From: Narcine bancroftii
Taxonomy: Eukaryota
Assembly: GCF_036971445.1 (NCBI RefSeq)
Contig: NC_091472.1
Location: 127,224,001 to 127,288,000, forward strand
Direction of reading: 5' to 3'
DNA length: 64,000 nt
Under the pieces are notes generated by a model. It worked only from the letters and a program-made list of their open reading frames with translations. It did not search any database and was not told where the DNA came from. Of this stretch, positions 12,501 to 27,500 are shown one piece after another (positions within the stretch are counted from its first letter, which is position 1; every line of letters begins with the position of its first letter). The position numbers and the translations under genes were made by a program.

Positions 12501-15500
12501 TAGAGACATCACCGAGCATTTCACAGCTACCTGGGTTCCCTGCCACAATGTGCAACATAGTCATGTGAAAGAGCCTTACCCTATCCTAGGCACTGACCTG
12601 TGATAGAGGACACAAGTTGCTCAGTGACCTCTGGCTTGCTCTCATCAAGGGGAACTCGAAGCATTTCAGGCGTCACCCAGTGAAGAGCCCTGCAAGCACA
12701 AAGAAAGTGTTGATTTCAACTTCCACTGGAGATAGGCTATGGTCAGAATTCCATCAGTTGGTTTTGGGCTTAAAGCATTGCATTAATCACAGTCAGTCCA
12801 TTTCTACAATGTACACAGATCATTCATTTAATCACTACTCCTTACCCTCGAACTCAGGGGATGTCCAATATCCCTCATACCAACACCAATCTCAACATGG
12901 ACCCATCTACTGACACTTCCATGGAGGGTGGGCAGGAGGTGCTGAGCTCCAAAGAAGGTGCTGGGAAAGTCCAAAGCCTACTTGGGAAGTTGAGGGACAA
13001 AGACTGGAGGAGAATCAAAGGTTGGTGAGGCAGTCAAATGCAAAACCAATGTTTTTTTAAAAAAAAAAATTTGAAGAGCATTGGGAGAAATGTGGAAGAC
13101 CAGACCAAATACAGAGAGTAACAGAGACCAGACAGTGAGATTTTTTATCAATAATCACATCTGCAGTGCACAATGGGCATAGGAGAATGGGAAACGGTCA
13201 GAGCTGGGAGTCAAAGCAGAGCCAACAGAAAGATATCACAGGAGTGAAGGTAGAGACTGAAGTTATCAGGGAAGTGATAAAGATCTCAGCCAAACTTCTA
13301 TGGGATGAGGAAGTTACGAATGGTCAGATGGAGAAATGACACCTTAAACATAGAATAAAGGACTAAGTAATAAAAGCTAGATCTGAACTTCATCCAGTTC
13401 CTGAGAGATACTTGTGTTGGTGACTGGAGCAGTCACTCCTTTCATAGGCAAAATGTCAACTTACTCACAAGTGACAACATCATGGGTAAATGTTTTGGAC
13501 AGTCATTTATAGAAAAGGTAGCATCAGTCAACCTGTCAGTGGGACTCAGGTAAAGAGTGATCTCATTAAAAACATGACCAAGATGCCTGAAAGTGCAACA
13601 TTTCAACACAATAGGGGTACACAGGCAGCCGAGAAAGTGTGCACATCAAAAGATGTACCCAAAGGCTTAGACACAACACCTTTCCACTAAAGCAGAATCG
13701 AATGTTAAAGAAAGCAGACCTAAACAATGAACCAACTCCAGAGAAGGTCACTTTCATTTTAAATACACAAAAGTGCTGGAGTAGCTCAGCAGGTCCTGCA
13801 GTGTCCATAGGAGCCCACGCTATATAACCAACATTTTGGGCCCGAGCTCTTCATCAAGGAATTTCTTTTAACACTTTGTAAATGTATTCCCTACTATACC
13901 TACAGGTTCTGGGCAAAAAAGTGACACCTTCATATTGCCAAAGCCTCCAATGGAAAGATCCTGTCTAAACCTGGGATGGAGCTCCTAATGTTCAATATTC
14001 TAGATCAAGGGACTGTGGTTAGTGTTCAATTTTGTTGAATTATTACATGGAATGCATCAAAAGATTGCAGGACCTTCCTATCTAAAACCAAAGTATTTTT
14101 AAAGCAAAACTCACCGTATACGCTGCTGTAATGCTAAATCCTTGTGTTCATCCTCAGAGCTATCAGGGCAGAACACCGTTTTATATAGCTGGGTCATGAT
14201 AAATTTCTCAATGTTATCCATCATCCTATCCTTTTGCTCAGATGACAAACCTGCATCAAAAGGAAACCGAGGGGTCATGGTCAAGAGCTTCACAGTTCCA
14301 ATAAAGACAGGAACATCCCAATTCCCCCACTCCTAGTAATACAGGGACCAAGAACCTCTACAATTCAATGGCTCCAGCGAGTACTGACTCGCCACAATGG
14401 ATCAAATGACCTAAACTTAAGGAGAGATTCTTCTGCCTGTCAAAATGATGTCACCAGTTGAACCGTCCCTTCCTATTCATGTCTTTTTCTGCTACTCTCT
14501 GGACTCCCTACATTAACTCCTGACTTGCAAACACAACTTCTGCACCAGAAGAGTACCTGCCATTCAAGACTAATATTCAGCAGCTCAGAGCAGATCACTG
14601 TGCTGACATGAGTTAGCTGTGCTGACACTTTGCCAACTGGCAAGATGAGGTGGTCAGCATCTCATTGCTTCCCAGTTCCTTAAACTGCCACAGGGCAGCG
14701 CTTTCAGCATCAATGCACAATGTGTTAACCCGAGAGCTAATCCTCAGCCACCAATTCCTCAAAAATATTATCCCACCATTACAGAAACAAGATAAACTGT
14801 TGGGATCCAGACTTACCAAATGGAGTTGCAACAGGAATATGTTACTTCACTGTGATCAATAATTACTGTTATAATTCAAAATTGAGCACAATTCTGGTTG
14901 AGAGGAAAATAAAACAAACCAGCAGGAAGTGGAAGTTGACAGCCACCTGCCCTTCCCTTCTCCCGCCACTGTCAGAGTACTCGAGTGTATCAGGTATAAT
15001 ATCCACTCATTTAAGTGTCATGGGGGTTCCATTCAAAGTCTCAATGAAATCCAAACATTCACTGCTGGGAAAGCCTTTGGTCTGAGAGTGCACATACCCA
15101 AAAAAGAGCTTGTTATAGCTCTCCAGGAGAGGACTATACTAGTGACAACTAAGTAGATGAGAGTAGGATAAAGATATGATCAATGCTCTCTGCACACAGC
15201 CTGTATCCTACATGCCTGCATCTCCTTGCCAACTGTTGAAAGCTACACATTCCTGTGATTTGGCCCAGTCAAAAAGAGAAGGCAGTAACCCTATTGGTGC
15301 AGAGGGATTTCCTTTCATCTAAAATTTCATCTACTTTCCTCCTCTCAAATATAAAAATTAGAAATGGCTTCTTGCCGTTCACTGATCTCTTTGTGTAAAA
15401 CTTGTGCACTCACCATTGAAGTGTACAGCAATGTTCTGGTAAAAGTCATGTGCTAGCTCAGACTGTGCCTGGACAGTCAAATCCTGGAAGACAAAATATT

Positions 15501-18500
15501 ATCAACTGTGTGGGAAAGAAAATTCCAGGCCCCACATTTCAACTCATCCCATAAGCCATCTCACAACATCAAAATTCCTTAAATCCCCAGAGCCAGCACC
15601 TCGGCCATAATTTAGGGCGAAACCAGTTTTGAGCTACATTTTCCCAGATATGTCAAGTGGTCAGTCCATCTTTTGCCTCCTTCTTCAGTTCCCAACTTCA
15701 CAGAAGCCAATTTTCAGCCAATTATGCTTGTTCCAGGTGAGAAAGAAACAGAGTGTACCAGGGAGAATAAAGACAACATTCCCAGCTGTAGAGCCAGCTG
15801 TCTTCAGCTGTTTTACCAATGATCTTGTAGCAGTTGTGCTCCACATGGTTCTAGTATTACAACAGCTCCTACCCCAATAACATGGAAAATTGTCCTGCTT
15901 TTAAGTGGTCATTTGGAAATGAATTCAACCTATAGCCCATTCTCAAACATAACCATAACCATATAACCATTTACGGAGTGGAAACAGGCCATGTTGGCCT
16001 TTCGAGTCCGCACCGGGTCACTGATTTTGTGCGCCCTCTTCAGGCATTGGTCCTGGTAGATCTTCATTCAATAACGATGGACGAATTCAATACAGGTGGA
16101 ATCAGTTCTAAGAGATGACTGGAGCGTTGACAGTGTAATCCAGTGCCACCTGCTCAGTCATGGTTCTACCAAGCATGGCACTTCTCTAGCACATCAACTT
16201 AAACTGTGAACACCGAGGAATAAATGTGTTCATTCCACACAAGCAGCGCAAGCTCTTCAGCACCACAGTATGTGCAGCATGGAGAAGGTGACTGAGAAGT
16301 GAGAAAGCAGAAGATTAAACACGAGCCAGGGATTGACAAAGTTCTTCATTACCTGCTGTGTCTGAAGATGCTCAATAAATTGAATGCAGCGTTTCTGGAC
16401 AATCTGAATAGAGGGCTTCCGCAATGATTTTAGAAAATCTGTGAAATCGCCAGAATGCACTGGTGTGGACGCTGGAAGGCTGATGACTGGGAATTGCTGG
16501 ATCTCTAGGATAAACAGCAGGGACAGAGGTTAGAGATTGAGATCTAATAGAAACACATTCATCAAAGCCCTTTCATATCTAGAAGAGTAACAGGCAACGT
16601 GAGAATTCAGCAGTCTGTCCCAACCATAGGCTTGCATGAAAACATCAGATTCAGCTTTCAGATTTAATGTCCAAGTACATACATGACGTCACATTCAACC
16701 TTGAGATTCTTTTTTCTGTGGGTGGAGGAGAATTACCACTTATTGGTAGTGCATGTAAATAAATAAAGAACTGCAAACAGATAACAAATGTAAATAAACT
16801 GTGCAATATAGAAATAATTTTTTTTTTAAATCAATAAAATGCACAAGAGTCCTTAAATGAGTCCCTGATTGAGTTTATTGTTGAGAAGTCTGATGGTGGA
16901 GGGGTAGCAGCTGTTCCTGAACCTGGTGGTGCCAGCTTTGTTTGGCAAACAACTTCAGGATACAATACTGGAACAGCCACAAATTCTTACAAATAATTAT
17001 TGGTTAAGGAATTTTTTTTTAAGGAAAGCAAAAAAATGCTGGCAGTAGTCAGCAAATTAGGTTACATCTATGGGCGGAAACAGCTTTTAAGTGACACCTA
17101 GACCTCTTTCCTGATGGTAGCAGTGAGAACAGAGAGTGTGCTGGGTCTGGGCGGTGTGAATGCTTAATGATTTCTGCTGCCCTCCAATGGCAGCGTTTCC
17201 TGCAGTGGGGAGGGTTTTGCCTGTGACATCCTGGGCTGTGTCCATTACCTTTTGGAGGGCTTTACACTCAGGGGTATTGGTGTCCCCATACCAGACCATG
17301 ATGCAGCCACCAGACATCTTTTAAAATTTTTGGGTTGCTGGTGTCATACTAAGCTTCCACAAACTCCTGAGGAAGTAGAGGTGCTGACATGCTTTCTTCA
17401 CAATCCTATAAGTGTGTTGGGTCCAGGAAAGATCCTCTGAGATAGTGATTCCCAATAACTATCTCAGAGGATAAGCATACATATCATACAGCATGAAAAC
17501 AGTCCAATGGGCAAAACATGCACACTGACCAGTGGGCCCCTTCTTAAACTAGGTCCATAGCCTTCGATGCCCAGATAATTCCTGTCTTCTTTCAGGTATT
17601 TCTGACAGTGACCCAGCCCAATCACTCTCAGGAAGTGCATTCCAAGTACTTTCCACTGAAGAAGATGCCCCCACATGTCCCCTCTAAAATTCTTCCCTCT
17701 TATCCAAATCCAGTATGGATAAAGGTTTCCTGCAGTCTGATCTATCTATATTCCTCAATTTTATGTCTCAATCGTGACTCCCTCTTAACCTCCTCCACTC
17801 TCGGTGGAGCAGAACTAGCTTCTCCAGTTTCCCTGATAACTGAACTACTCCATCCCAGGCACATCCTGGTGAACCTACCCTATCACATCCTTTCTATGCC
17901 TAATGGCTTAATTCCCCCTTTGATGCAGGAGTCTGCTGAGGCTCAACTGATAGAGAGGAGTCAGAAGCTAATGGGGGTCAGGTCTTACTCTAAAAACCTG
18001 ATCAAGAAAAACAGACTCACAGCACAGAGGGATGTGTGCACTGCTGGATACTATGGCACTAATACAAACAATCTGTGGTGTTAAAGGTTCACTTGATTGT
18101 GAGAGCTGGCTGTGCTCAAATTGGATATTTCCAACACAACCATGGCAAGTATTTAATTGGCTGAACTTTATGACATCCTGAAAGTGCTGTGAAAGACAAA
18201 TCCAAATCTTTCATTTAAGGCATTCCTTAAAACCCTCCACATTAAACTTTGCTCACATCATCAGGTGTAGGGATAGAACATTTTATCCGAACGCACTGCG
18301 GCTTGCTTTGGGACCATACCTTGACTGGTTGTCGTTTTGTAGCCAAATAGTTTCTTTACTGTGCTCACTCGACGGCCCTTCTCACTGCTCCTCCTCTTCT
18401 CAAACCTAGAAAAGTTGAACAGCAAGCTGGTGGCCCCTGCAACCAGGGAGCTTGTGGGCCCTTCATTGTTCATCCTATGAAGAAACTGTAAGTTACACAT

Positions 18501-21500
18501 CCTTGGAGAAGTGAACAATAGAGCCTCCAGAATGACTCAGGTTAAAATACTGAAGTAAACACCATGAAAAAAATAAGGCAAGAAAAAATAATTTTTTTAC
18601 TCAGTGATTTCTTCCTAACTGCAAGCTAGAAATTACACACATTGGAAAAAAAGTCCCAAATTCAGATTCTTGGACCCACTTCAGCAAACTCAAAGCTAAC
18701 AGAAGACGAGTTGTATTTCACACTTCCTGCCAATGCGTTGCTAATCCGAGATCTCCTTTCTTTTCATGAAAGTGATACAAACAGGCAAAAGTATCTCAGT
18801 AAATGTAATTTTTAATAAAAAAATTGTGCTGTACCCAATTTGAAATCCCTGAATGATATCACTATTAGATCCAACCAACTCACACCAGCAATGGGAGGGG
18901 ATGACAAATAGATAACTGTGGAACAGGTGAAAACCCATGTGGGGACATACCCATGGAAATTCTTTCTCCTTCAAGATAGCTACATACACGTAGGAAACAG
19001 GATATGTGATTTAAATCTCATGACGGCTAGTACTCTGTCAGTCCTCTTGTGACAAGTTAGTCACTGCCTCAGCTTCATGTTTAATTGATACTTTTTACAT
19101 TGGCAATGCAATTTGCCTCCAAAAATCAAAGCAAACTTTCTGCACTTACAAATATTTCAGTGCTATTCAATTCAATTACAAGACGTGGGGGAATTCAAGT
19201 GATGTTGTAGAGTCAGGATATACAATTCCAACTCTCCCGGAAATTAGTAAAAAGTGCTAATTAGGTAAAGTGTAGTTAACCAAACTTATTAAAAACTGCT
19301 TCAGAATCCTTTTACAATGTTTTAGCCGTCACGAACACAGACAGGACAACGACAAGTTAAAGAAAAAAGGCCTACCATTTCCATGGATCCAGGGGGTGAG
19401 TTGACAGCTCATCCAAAGGCAAGTCGTGGCCCTATAGGGGTCGTTCGACACTCCACAGCGCCATCACAACCGTCTCTCCAGGGTGATGGCATTGTGGAAG
19501 AAGTCGAACTGCTCATGCACGGGGAAATGTGCATGCACAGACCGGAAGAGCTCAAAGATGTCACTGGAGCCAGCAGTGTTTCTGCTGGCTCTGATATATA
19601 CAGGAACAAGAGATTTCTGTGTCTGATTCACAGGCCAGTGATAAAGAAGAAGACAAGACAGATGAAAGTTTGTTTTTTTTTTAAAACAGATAAGGGCAAG
19701 GGTAAGAAACTTAAAATGCTACAAGAGGAAGAATGTACAAATGCCTAATTACTTAAAGAACTGATGGAAATAAAAACAAATACAAAAAATTCAGATAAGC
19801 GAATGAAGTAGTATTTTGTTACTGTATAGAAATTGCAAAGAAAATTAGACCATGCGGATGAAAGAGTCAAAACTGTGAAGGCCAATATGGTAGATGTACA
19901 GGATAGAATGGTGAAAGTGAAGACTGATATGGATGCAAGGGCCACTGAAAAGAAGCAACTTGGGAGAAAGTTGATCTACTAGAGAATTTTAGTAGGAGAA
20001 ACATTATTAAAATCATTGGTCTTAAAGAAGGTGAGGAGGGTGATCACACGATAAGTTTTTTTTTCCAGGGATGAATTCCAGAGGTCCTGGACCAGATAAA
20101 TAAAAATTATTGAAATTGAAAGGGCACGTAGAGACTTGAGATCGCAACCTCCTCCAGATCAGAAAACAAGATCTATACTTATAAAATGTCTCCAACATTA
20201 AGATAAAGAGAAAATATTGGCTCTAGCAGCACAAGGTGCTAAAGATGGCCAAGGTCCATTGGAATTTCATGGAATGAAGATATCTTTCTGTCCTGATACA
20301 AGTTTGGAGTTGTTGAAGAGAAGGAAAACATTTAACATGGTGAAACATGCCCCATGGCTAAAGGGTTATCAGTTTATTCTGTGCCATCCAGTTACTTTGA
20401 ATATTTTCCTGCGAGGAGAGTACAAGTTTTTTTTAAAAACAGGTCATGTATGTACGGAAGAATTTATTGAAACGCTACCAGTTCGGCAGCAAGAGGAAGT
20501 TTGAAAATGTTTTAATATTTAGCGTACTTTACTTTTTACTTTTTGCATAGACGAGATTGATCATGGTAAACATCTGGCAGGGCTGGGGAATTGGAGGTTT
20601 TACAGAGTGACCGCTATCAACTTGTGTGTATTTGTGGCATGTGCTACAACCCATAAAGTGGAAGGGGTGGGGGGGGGGGGGAAGGAAGATAATGTTGTAT
20701 ATTATTTAAACAACATTAAATGGGTTATTTATTTATTTTATTTTGGAATATTTTTACTGTTATAAAGTTAAATCATTTATCTATGATTTATCTTTCTTTT
20801 TCTATCTGGATTTCCTAGGAGGATGATCCTTAACACATATGCAATACATATTTGGATGACCAAGGAGGTACAGGGAGAGAGGTGAAGGGGCAAGGTCATT
20901 GGATTTGAACAAAAGTTAACATTAATGAGTAATTTATTGAGCTTTCTTAGATTTAATGTTAATGGGCTGAATGGACATGTGAAGAGGAATATAATATTGA
21001 CACATTAAAAAATGAATATAGCATTTTTTTTAAAACAAGAGACTCATTTAACTGAAATAGAACATCAGAAATTAAAAAGAGACTGGGTGGGATATGTTTA
21101 AATAAAAGTTATAATACAAAATGTAGTGACTGATCCTGTAGGAAGATATGTTATAGTACATGGTCAAGTTTTTTTTCAGAATTCTGGACTTTTTTGAATG
21201 TATATGCACCAGCTCTGAATGATTAAAAATTTATACAAGAAACATTTCTCAATTTGGCAGGACCACATCAGAGTATTTTAATAGCTTGGGATTTAAATTT
21301 TTGTCTATATCCAGTTTTAGATAGATCAACTAGAACAGTAACAAGAGCAAAGGCAGCAAAAACCACCTTAACATTAATTAAAGATTTGAATTAAATAGAT
21401 ATTTAGAGAAGAATTCATCCAAGAGAGAGATTACTCTTTTTATTTAAATAGGCATGATTCTTATTCAAAGATAGATCTATTTTTAATGTCAGCACATCTT

Positions 21501-24500
21501 CAAGCTAGAGTCAATCAAGTTGACTATAAAGCAAGAATTTTATCTGATCATTCACCTTTATTAATGACATTTACAATGTTAAAGATCAATCCATTTATAG
21601 ATGGAGATTTAATTCAATGTTATTAAAAAGACCAGATTTTTGTAGAAGGCAAATTTAGATTTTCTTTCAGACTAATCTAATTCGATTAATGATGAATTTA
21701 TTTTATGGGATGCAATGAAAGCATATTTAAGGGGACAAATGATAAATAATTCTTTTAAAATTTAGAAGGACTATATGAAAGAATTGGATCAACTGGAAAA
21801 AAGTGATAACAAGTTTAGGAAAGGACTTACAAAGATGGGTTTCCGAGGAAAAATGTAAGCGGCTTATAAATAAGAAACCTCAGTATTAAAAAAATACAAA
21901 CAGGGAAAGCATTAATGAAAACTAAGCAGAGATACTATGAGTTAGGTGAAAGGGCTCACAAGATTCTTGCTTGGCAATTGAAAACAGAACAAGTTTCAAG
22001 ATCTATTAATGCAATTAAAACAGTCAAATGCGATTACTTAATGAAACTCAAATAATTTTACACTCAGTTATATAAATCTGAGTCAGAGAGAGATGATAAT
22101 AAAATGGAAGATTTTTGTCACAAACAAAGTAACTAATAACTTTGCAAGAGCAAAGGGAGTTGGATGCCCCTTTCGCATCAATGGAGGTGGATGAAACATT
22201 GAGCTCATTACAAAGTAATAAATCTCCAGAAGATGGTTTCTCACCTGAATTTTATAAAGAATTTAAAGACTTAATACCTCCTTTTATGGAGGTATTAAGA
22301 TAGGTAATGGTAACACATACATTCCTGAAAACATTCTCTACTGTGATGATAACAGTAATACCAAAAAAAGACAGAGACCCTTTAAAACCATCGTTTATAG
22401 ACTAATTTCCTTGTTAAATGTAGGCTACAAGATCATTGCAAAAATCTTAGCTAATAGATTGATGATGTTTTTACCAAAAATTGATAAATGTGGATCAGAC
22501 AGTATTTGTGAAAGAGAGAAAATCTGCAGATAATTAACTAGTATAATACATTTAGCACAAAAGAGGGGAGTGGCAGTGGCTTTGGATGCAGAAAAAGCAT
22601 TTGATAGATTAGAATGGGATTTTTGTTTAATTTGTTTGAGAGATTTGGGATGGGACTAGTATTTATAAATTGGGTGAAAGCAGTGGTTCCCAAACTTTTT
22701 CAGGCTGCCACCCCATTGGTCTCCAGGCCACATCCCAAGTACTCCCCCATACAACAGTGCGGGGGGCTTAGTGGCGGCACTGAGCGGGGGATTGGTGGTG
22801 GCGCTTGAGCAGGGGAGGTAGTGATGCCAATACAACATGGAGGCCACCAAGATCAGCTCTCGCAAGAACGCCTTGGTGCCATTTATTTTGTTCACTACTG
22901 CCACCCCGAGTCTGGACAGAAAATTACTGCAGTGGCTTCTTCATTAAGCCTTTCAGCAAACTGAAGGTTCAGAACGCCCCCTTTTCCATCACAGCCCCCT
23001 TTGATCTTTCCACAGCAAACAGTGGGAGGTGACACCCACTTTGGGAATCACTAGATTAAAGCTTTATATAATAATTCTAAGGCTAATGGGCAGGTTCTGA
23101 CATTGTTTCTGTTAACCAGATCTAGTAGGCAAGGATGCCCGTTATCACCTGCTTCATTTATCTTAGCGATTGAACCCCTTGAAGAATTGATTCCATCTGA
23201 TCCAGATATTAAAGGGTTTAAGGTTAATCAAGAATAATATAAAATTAATTTATTTGCTGATGATGTTTTGATTTACTTGATGGAACCAATAGATTCGCTA
23301 CACAAATTATATTTAAGATTGGAGGAGTATGGCAAGGTTTGTAGATGAAATCTCATGTGAATAGAGTAGTAAAGAAAGCTTTTGGTATGCTGTCCTTTAT
23401 AAATCAAAGCATAAAGAGTTGGGAAGTGATGTTGAGACTATTCAAGGCATTGGTGAGGCCAAATTTAGAATACTGTGTACAGTTCTGGTCCCCAAATTAT
23501 AGGAAGGCCATCAATAAGGTAGAGAGAGTGCAGAGAAGATTTACTAAAATGTTCCCTGGATTTCAGAATCTAGATTTCAAAGAAAGATTGAGCAGATTAG
23601 GTCTTTATTCCTTGAAGCATAGAAGGTTGGGGGGGGGGGGGGGAGGATTTGATAGATGTTTTTAAAATTATGAGGGGGATAGATAGTGTAGATGTGAATA
23701 GACTCTTTCCCTTGAGGGTAGGTGAGATTCAAACAAATGGTCCTGAGTTAAGAGTTGGGGCAAAAGTTTAGAAGTTACATGAGAGGAAACTTCTTCACTC
23801 AGACAATGGTGGCTGAGTGGAGGATGATGCCAATAACATTATTAGGTATGATTAATTTTGTCAAAACAAATACATTTCCTAGGGTACAATATAATTGTAA
23901 TTGTTATATGGTTTATATAGTTTTAGGTTATAATGTGAATTGGGATTAAAGTGAAATTATGCCCCTCACTATAGGGGATTACATCAAGTGTCAACAAGTT
24001 ACCCAATTTAAATGGTCGATGAATGGGATAAAATATTTAGGTATACGGGTAAATAATAAGCTAGAGAATGTATTGTGACAGATTATAGATATGTTTTTGG
24101 GAGATAAATTGAGGCAAGTTTTTTTTTTAAGTGTAAGTCACATACAAACACTTCAAAACAGATCTCATTTTAAATTCTGGAGCTCTGCTCAAGCTAGACA
24201 GGATGGCTCCAAGAGCCTTTGCAAAAGGTTAGGAGAGTGACCAAGAGACTTCACTAATGGATTGTTGTTTTGAAAAGCAACAGATGATGAAAGAACTCGG
24301 AGAAGTAGGTTCAGAGCCGAAGGCTGTCTGGGAGTGCTGTTTGCTGTTCTAAGAGAATCATGTGGTTTTTGCAAGCAGAGAGGGAGTCAAACAGGCTTTT
24401 CTCTTAGAGAAAGAGAGAGAGAGATCAGTTTTACAGTCAGCAGCAGCTGGGACTGGAACAGGACAACCTAATAAGCTTGTGGAAAAACCTCATTTTGAAG

Positions 24501-27500
24501 ATGAATTGTGAGTATTTAGTTCAGCCTGGTCAAACCCCTCGTTTTTCATACAAGAGGAGAGGACTGGCTGCCCAATGTTTCACTTAAAATAAGAGAAACA
24601 AAAAGGAACTCTGTGGTGACCTGAAAGAAAAAGGTTATCATTGGGAAAACGCTGATGGGGCAAGTTTGTTCAGAAAGACACTGACGTGGCTGATTAAAAG
24701 GGATCAGTCTGTGTCCAGGAACAACAAATCTCTCTCTGAAAACTGACAAGAACTTTCCTGAGTGGCAACCATTTACCTTTCAAGTACCAAAGCCTTGTGA
24801 ACTTTATAAATGTTAATTTCTGTGCACAATACAAGAATTGCCTGCAATCAATTGGAATGAAAAGTGAGATTGGACTGTGAATCAAAGAACTTTTCTGAAC
24901 TTACACACACATTACATACACGTGCTTAGAATTAGAAGGGGGTTAAGTTAGGTTAGTTAAGTCAATAGTAACAAGTTAAATTTGATCCTGTTTTCATGCT
25001 TAAAGATAATTAAAAACAACTTTTGTTCAAGTAATCATTTATCTTGTTGAATATCTATTACTGCTGGATTTTGGTGTCCTCTGGGCTCATAACAGTATAT
25101 AAATTGAATTATGTACCTTAAGAAAATTGGTGAGGATTTGAATAAATGAAGGATGTTGCCAATAACATTATTAGATAGGATTAATTTTGTCAAAATGAAT
25201 ACATTGCCTAGGGTACAATATTTATTTCAAACATTACCAATAATGATACCACAAATGTTTTAAAGAATTAAATAAATATTAGAAATTTTCTTTGGAAGGT
25301 TAAGATGTCGAGAGTTTCTTTAGACAAATTGACATGGAAATTTGAGTTAGGAAGTTTGCAATGACTAAACATTAAAAATTATTATAAGGCTGTTCAATTG
25401 AGATTTTTGATCTTTTTTTTGATGAGGAAGTAAAACCAACATGGATTAAAATAGAAATTGATAAAATAGGAGAGAGGAAGTTGGAAGATTTTATATATAA
25501 ATGGGAATCAAAATTATTATCTAGGGAGAGGGAAGTACCCTTGATGAAAAATTTGATTAATATTTTGAGTAAAGTAAATGATGAAATTGGAACAAGGACT
25601 GCTGTCTGATCTAAAATGTCTCTGATACAAAATCAACTTATTCAATTTTCAATGGATAATCAATTTTTAAATATTTGGTCACGTAAAAGAATTAGAAATA
25701 TAGAAGATTGTTTTGAAGGAAGAAATTTAATGTCATTTTAACAATTAAAAAATAAGTTTAGGATACAAATTAATAACCTTTTTTGTTATTATCAAGTACG
25801 GGTTTATTTAAGAGATAAACTGGGTCCAACAATGCTATTATCGAAATGTGGTGACATAGAATTGTTAATATATAGTAGATTCATAGCTGAATTAAATTTC
25901 TTGATGCAGAAGGGGACTTTTAAACAGGGGATGCATCAGTCTAGATAACATTGGGAGACAGATTTAAATACTAACATCGATTAAATAAATTGGTCAGATT
26001 TGTGCTGAGATAGTATGAGATACACTATAAATGTTAGATATAGGTTAGTTCAATATAATTTGTTTTACATCAATTATACCTTAGTTAAATAAGTTGGTCA
26101 GATTTATCTGATCAGTGTTTTCGATGTGGTCAGGAGGTAGGCACATTTTTATATTCTACTTAGTCTTGCCTCAAAGTGAAAGACCTTTTTGGTCAAACTT
26201 GGCAATTCATTTAGGACAGTTTATGGGAATTAAATTTCCACAAAACCCCATGTTATTTTTATTAGGTAATACTGAAGGGATAAGACTGAAATTGAAATTA
26301 TATAAATATCAAAATAAGTTTTAAAGATTGCCTTAGCAGAAGCAAGAAAATGTATAGTAGTAACATGGAAATTGGACTTCCACCTAGGTACAGAGTGTTG
26401 GAACGCAGAGAACCATAGCTGCGTTTCTTTGGAGAAGATCACTTATAATCTGAGAAATAAGTATGATGTATTTTTGAAAATTTGGCACCCATATTTACAA
26501 ATTGAGAGAATTAATTTATAGACCTTTTCCTTAAGCCTCAAACCACTAAATTCCTTGGATGTATTTAAAGATAAATGACTAATGCCGTGAGGTGAGGGGG
26601 ACCCTCCAGCAACCAGGTTTTATTCTCATTTTCTTACCTCTCTTTCTATGTCTTTTTTTGCTTTCATTTAATTTCTTTCCATTTCTTGCAGTTTGTTTGG
26701 AGGGGGGAGGAGGTTGGGGTTTATATAATCATGTAATGGATTTGATATTAACATTTGATCATTACACTTTATATTTGGTTGTGATTACATGTATGGAAAA
26801 CTTTTAAATAAAATTTTCAAAAAGAAAAGAAATTACAAAAGGGGATCACATTGCAAATATTTCTTCAATATCCAACTCAGTATGGTGTAAATCCCAGTAT
26901 TTTAGTTTGTGCTCTATGTAAACCAGAAAATCCACTTTAGTGGGTGAAATGGGTTTCACAACAAATAAGTTTTGGCAATACAGATCAAGTGAGAAAAATT
27001 AACAGAGTCAGAGTGGGTGACTAGAAGCTTGGATGGATTAAAGAGGGGCTTTAAGGAGAGCAAAATAGAGAGGAAGTAAAACATATCACTGGAACACCAG
27101 GGACAGAGGCATTAAAAAAAAAGAGCAAACCTCCCAGGAAATGCACTTCTTCCACCACCACAAGACAAATCCACTACAGTTATTGCCCAGGGTGCTCCCA
27201 CAGCACTTGCCTAACCTGCAAGTTTTACCATCACGAATGATAAAGACAGCAAGCTCCTAGGAATACTACCTCTTGCAAGTACCCTTCCAACTCCTGCACT
27301 GTTTGTTCATCAATGAGTTTATTTCCTAGAACTCCTCTAAACCACCTTGTGGGAAAACCTTTGATAGTGAGCTGACAGCTGTTCAACAGTCACAGTTGGC
27401 ATAGTAGTTATCACAACACCTTTACAGCGCCAGCGATCGGAACTGGGGTTCGAATCCCATGCAGTCTGCAAGGAGTTTGAACGTTCTCCCCATGCCTGCA

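Larger units (their letters stand above)
19185..26830 (+). mobile_element. Near full-length decayed L1/Tx1-clade LINE with three nested insertions
   Basis: ORF1 remnants ([18 protein letters not shown]; [19 protein letters not shown]); ORF2 APE/RT remnants from about 20925 ([26 protein letters not shown]); AATAAA and A-rich 3' end at about 26807-26830. Confidence 0.9.

Noticed and set aside
19409-19609. Possible extra RABGEF1 exon (Ser-rich ORF)
   Set aside because: Antisense of the L1 5' region; no Rabex-5 similarity, and the flanking exons already join in phase.
27390-27470. tRNA gene
   Set aside because: The A/B boxes are the head of a SINE; no complete cloverleaf, and the SINE core follows.
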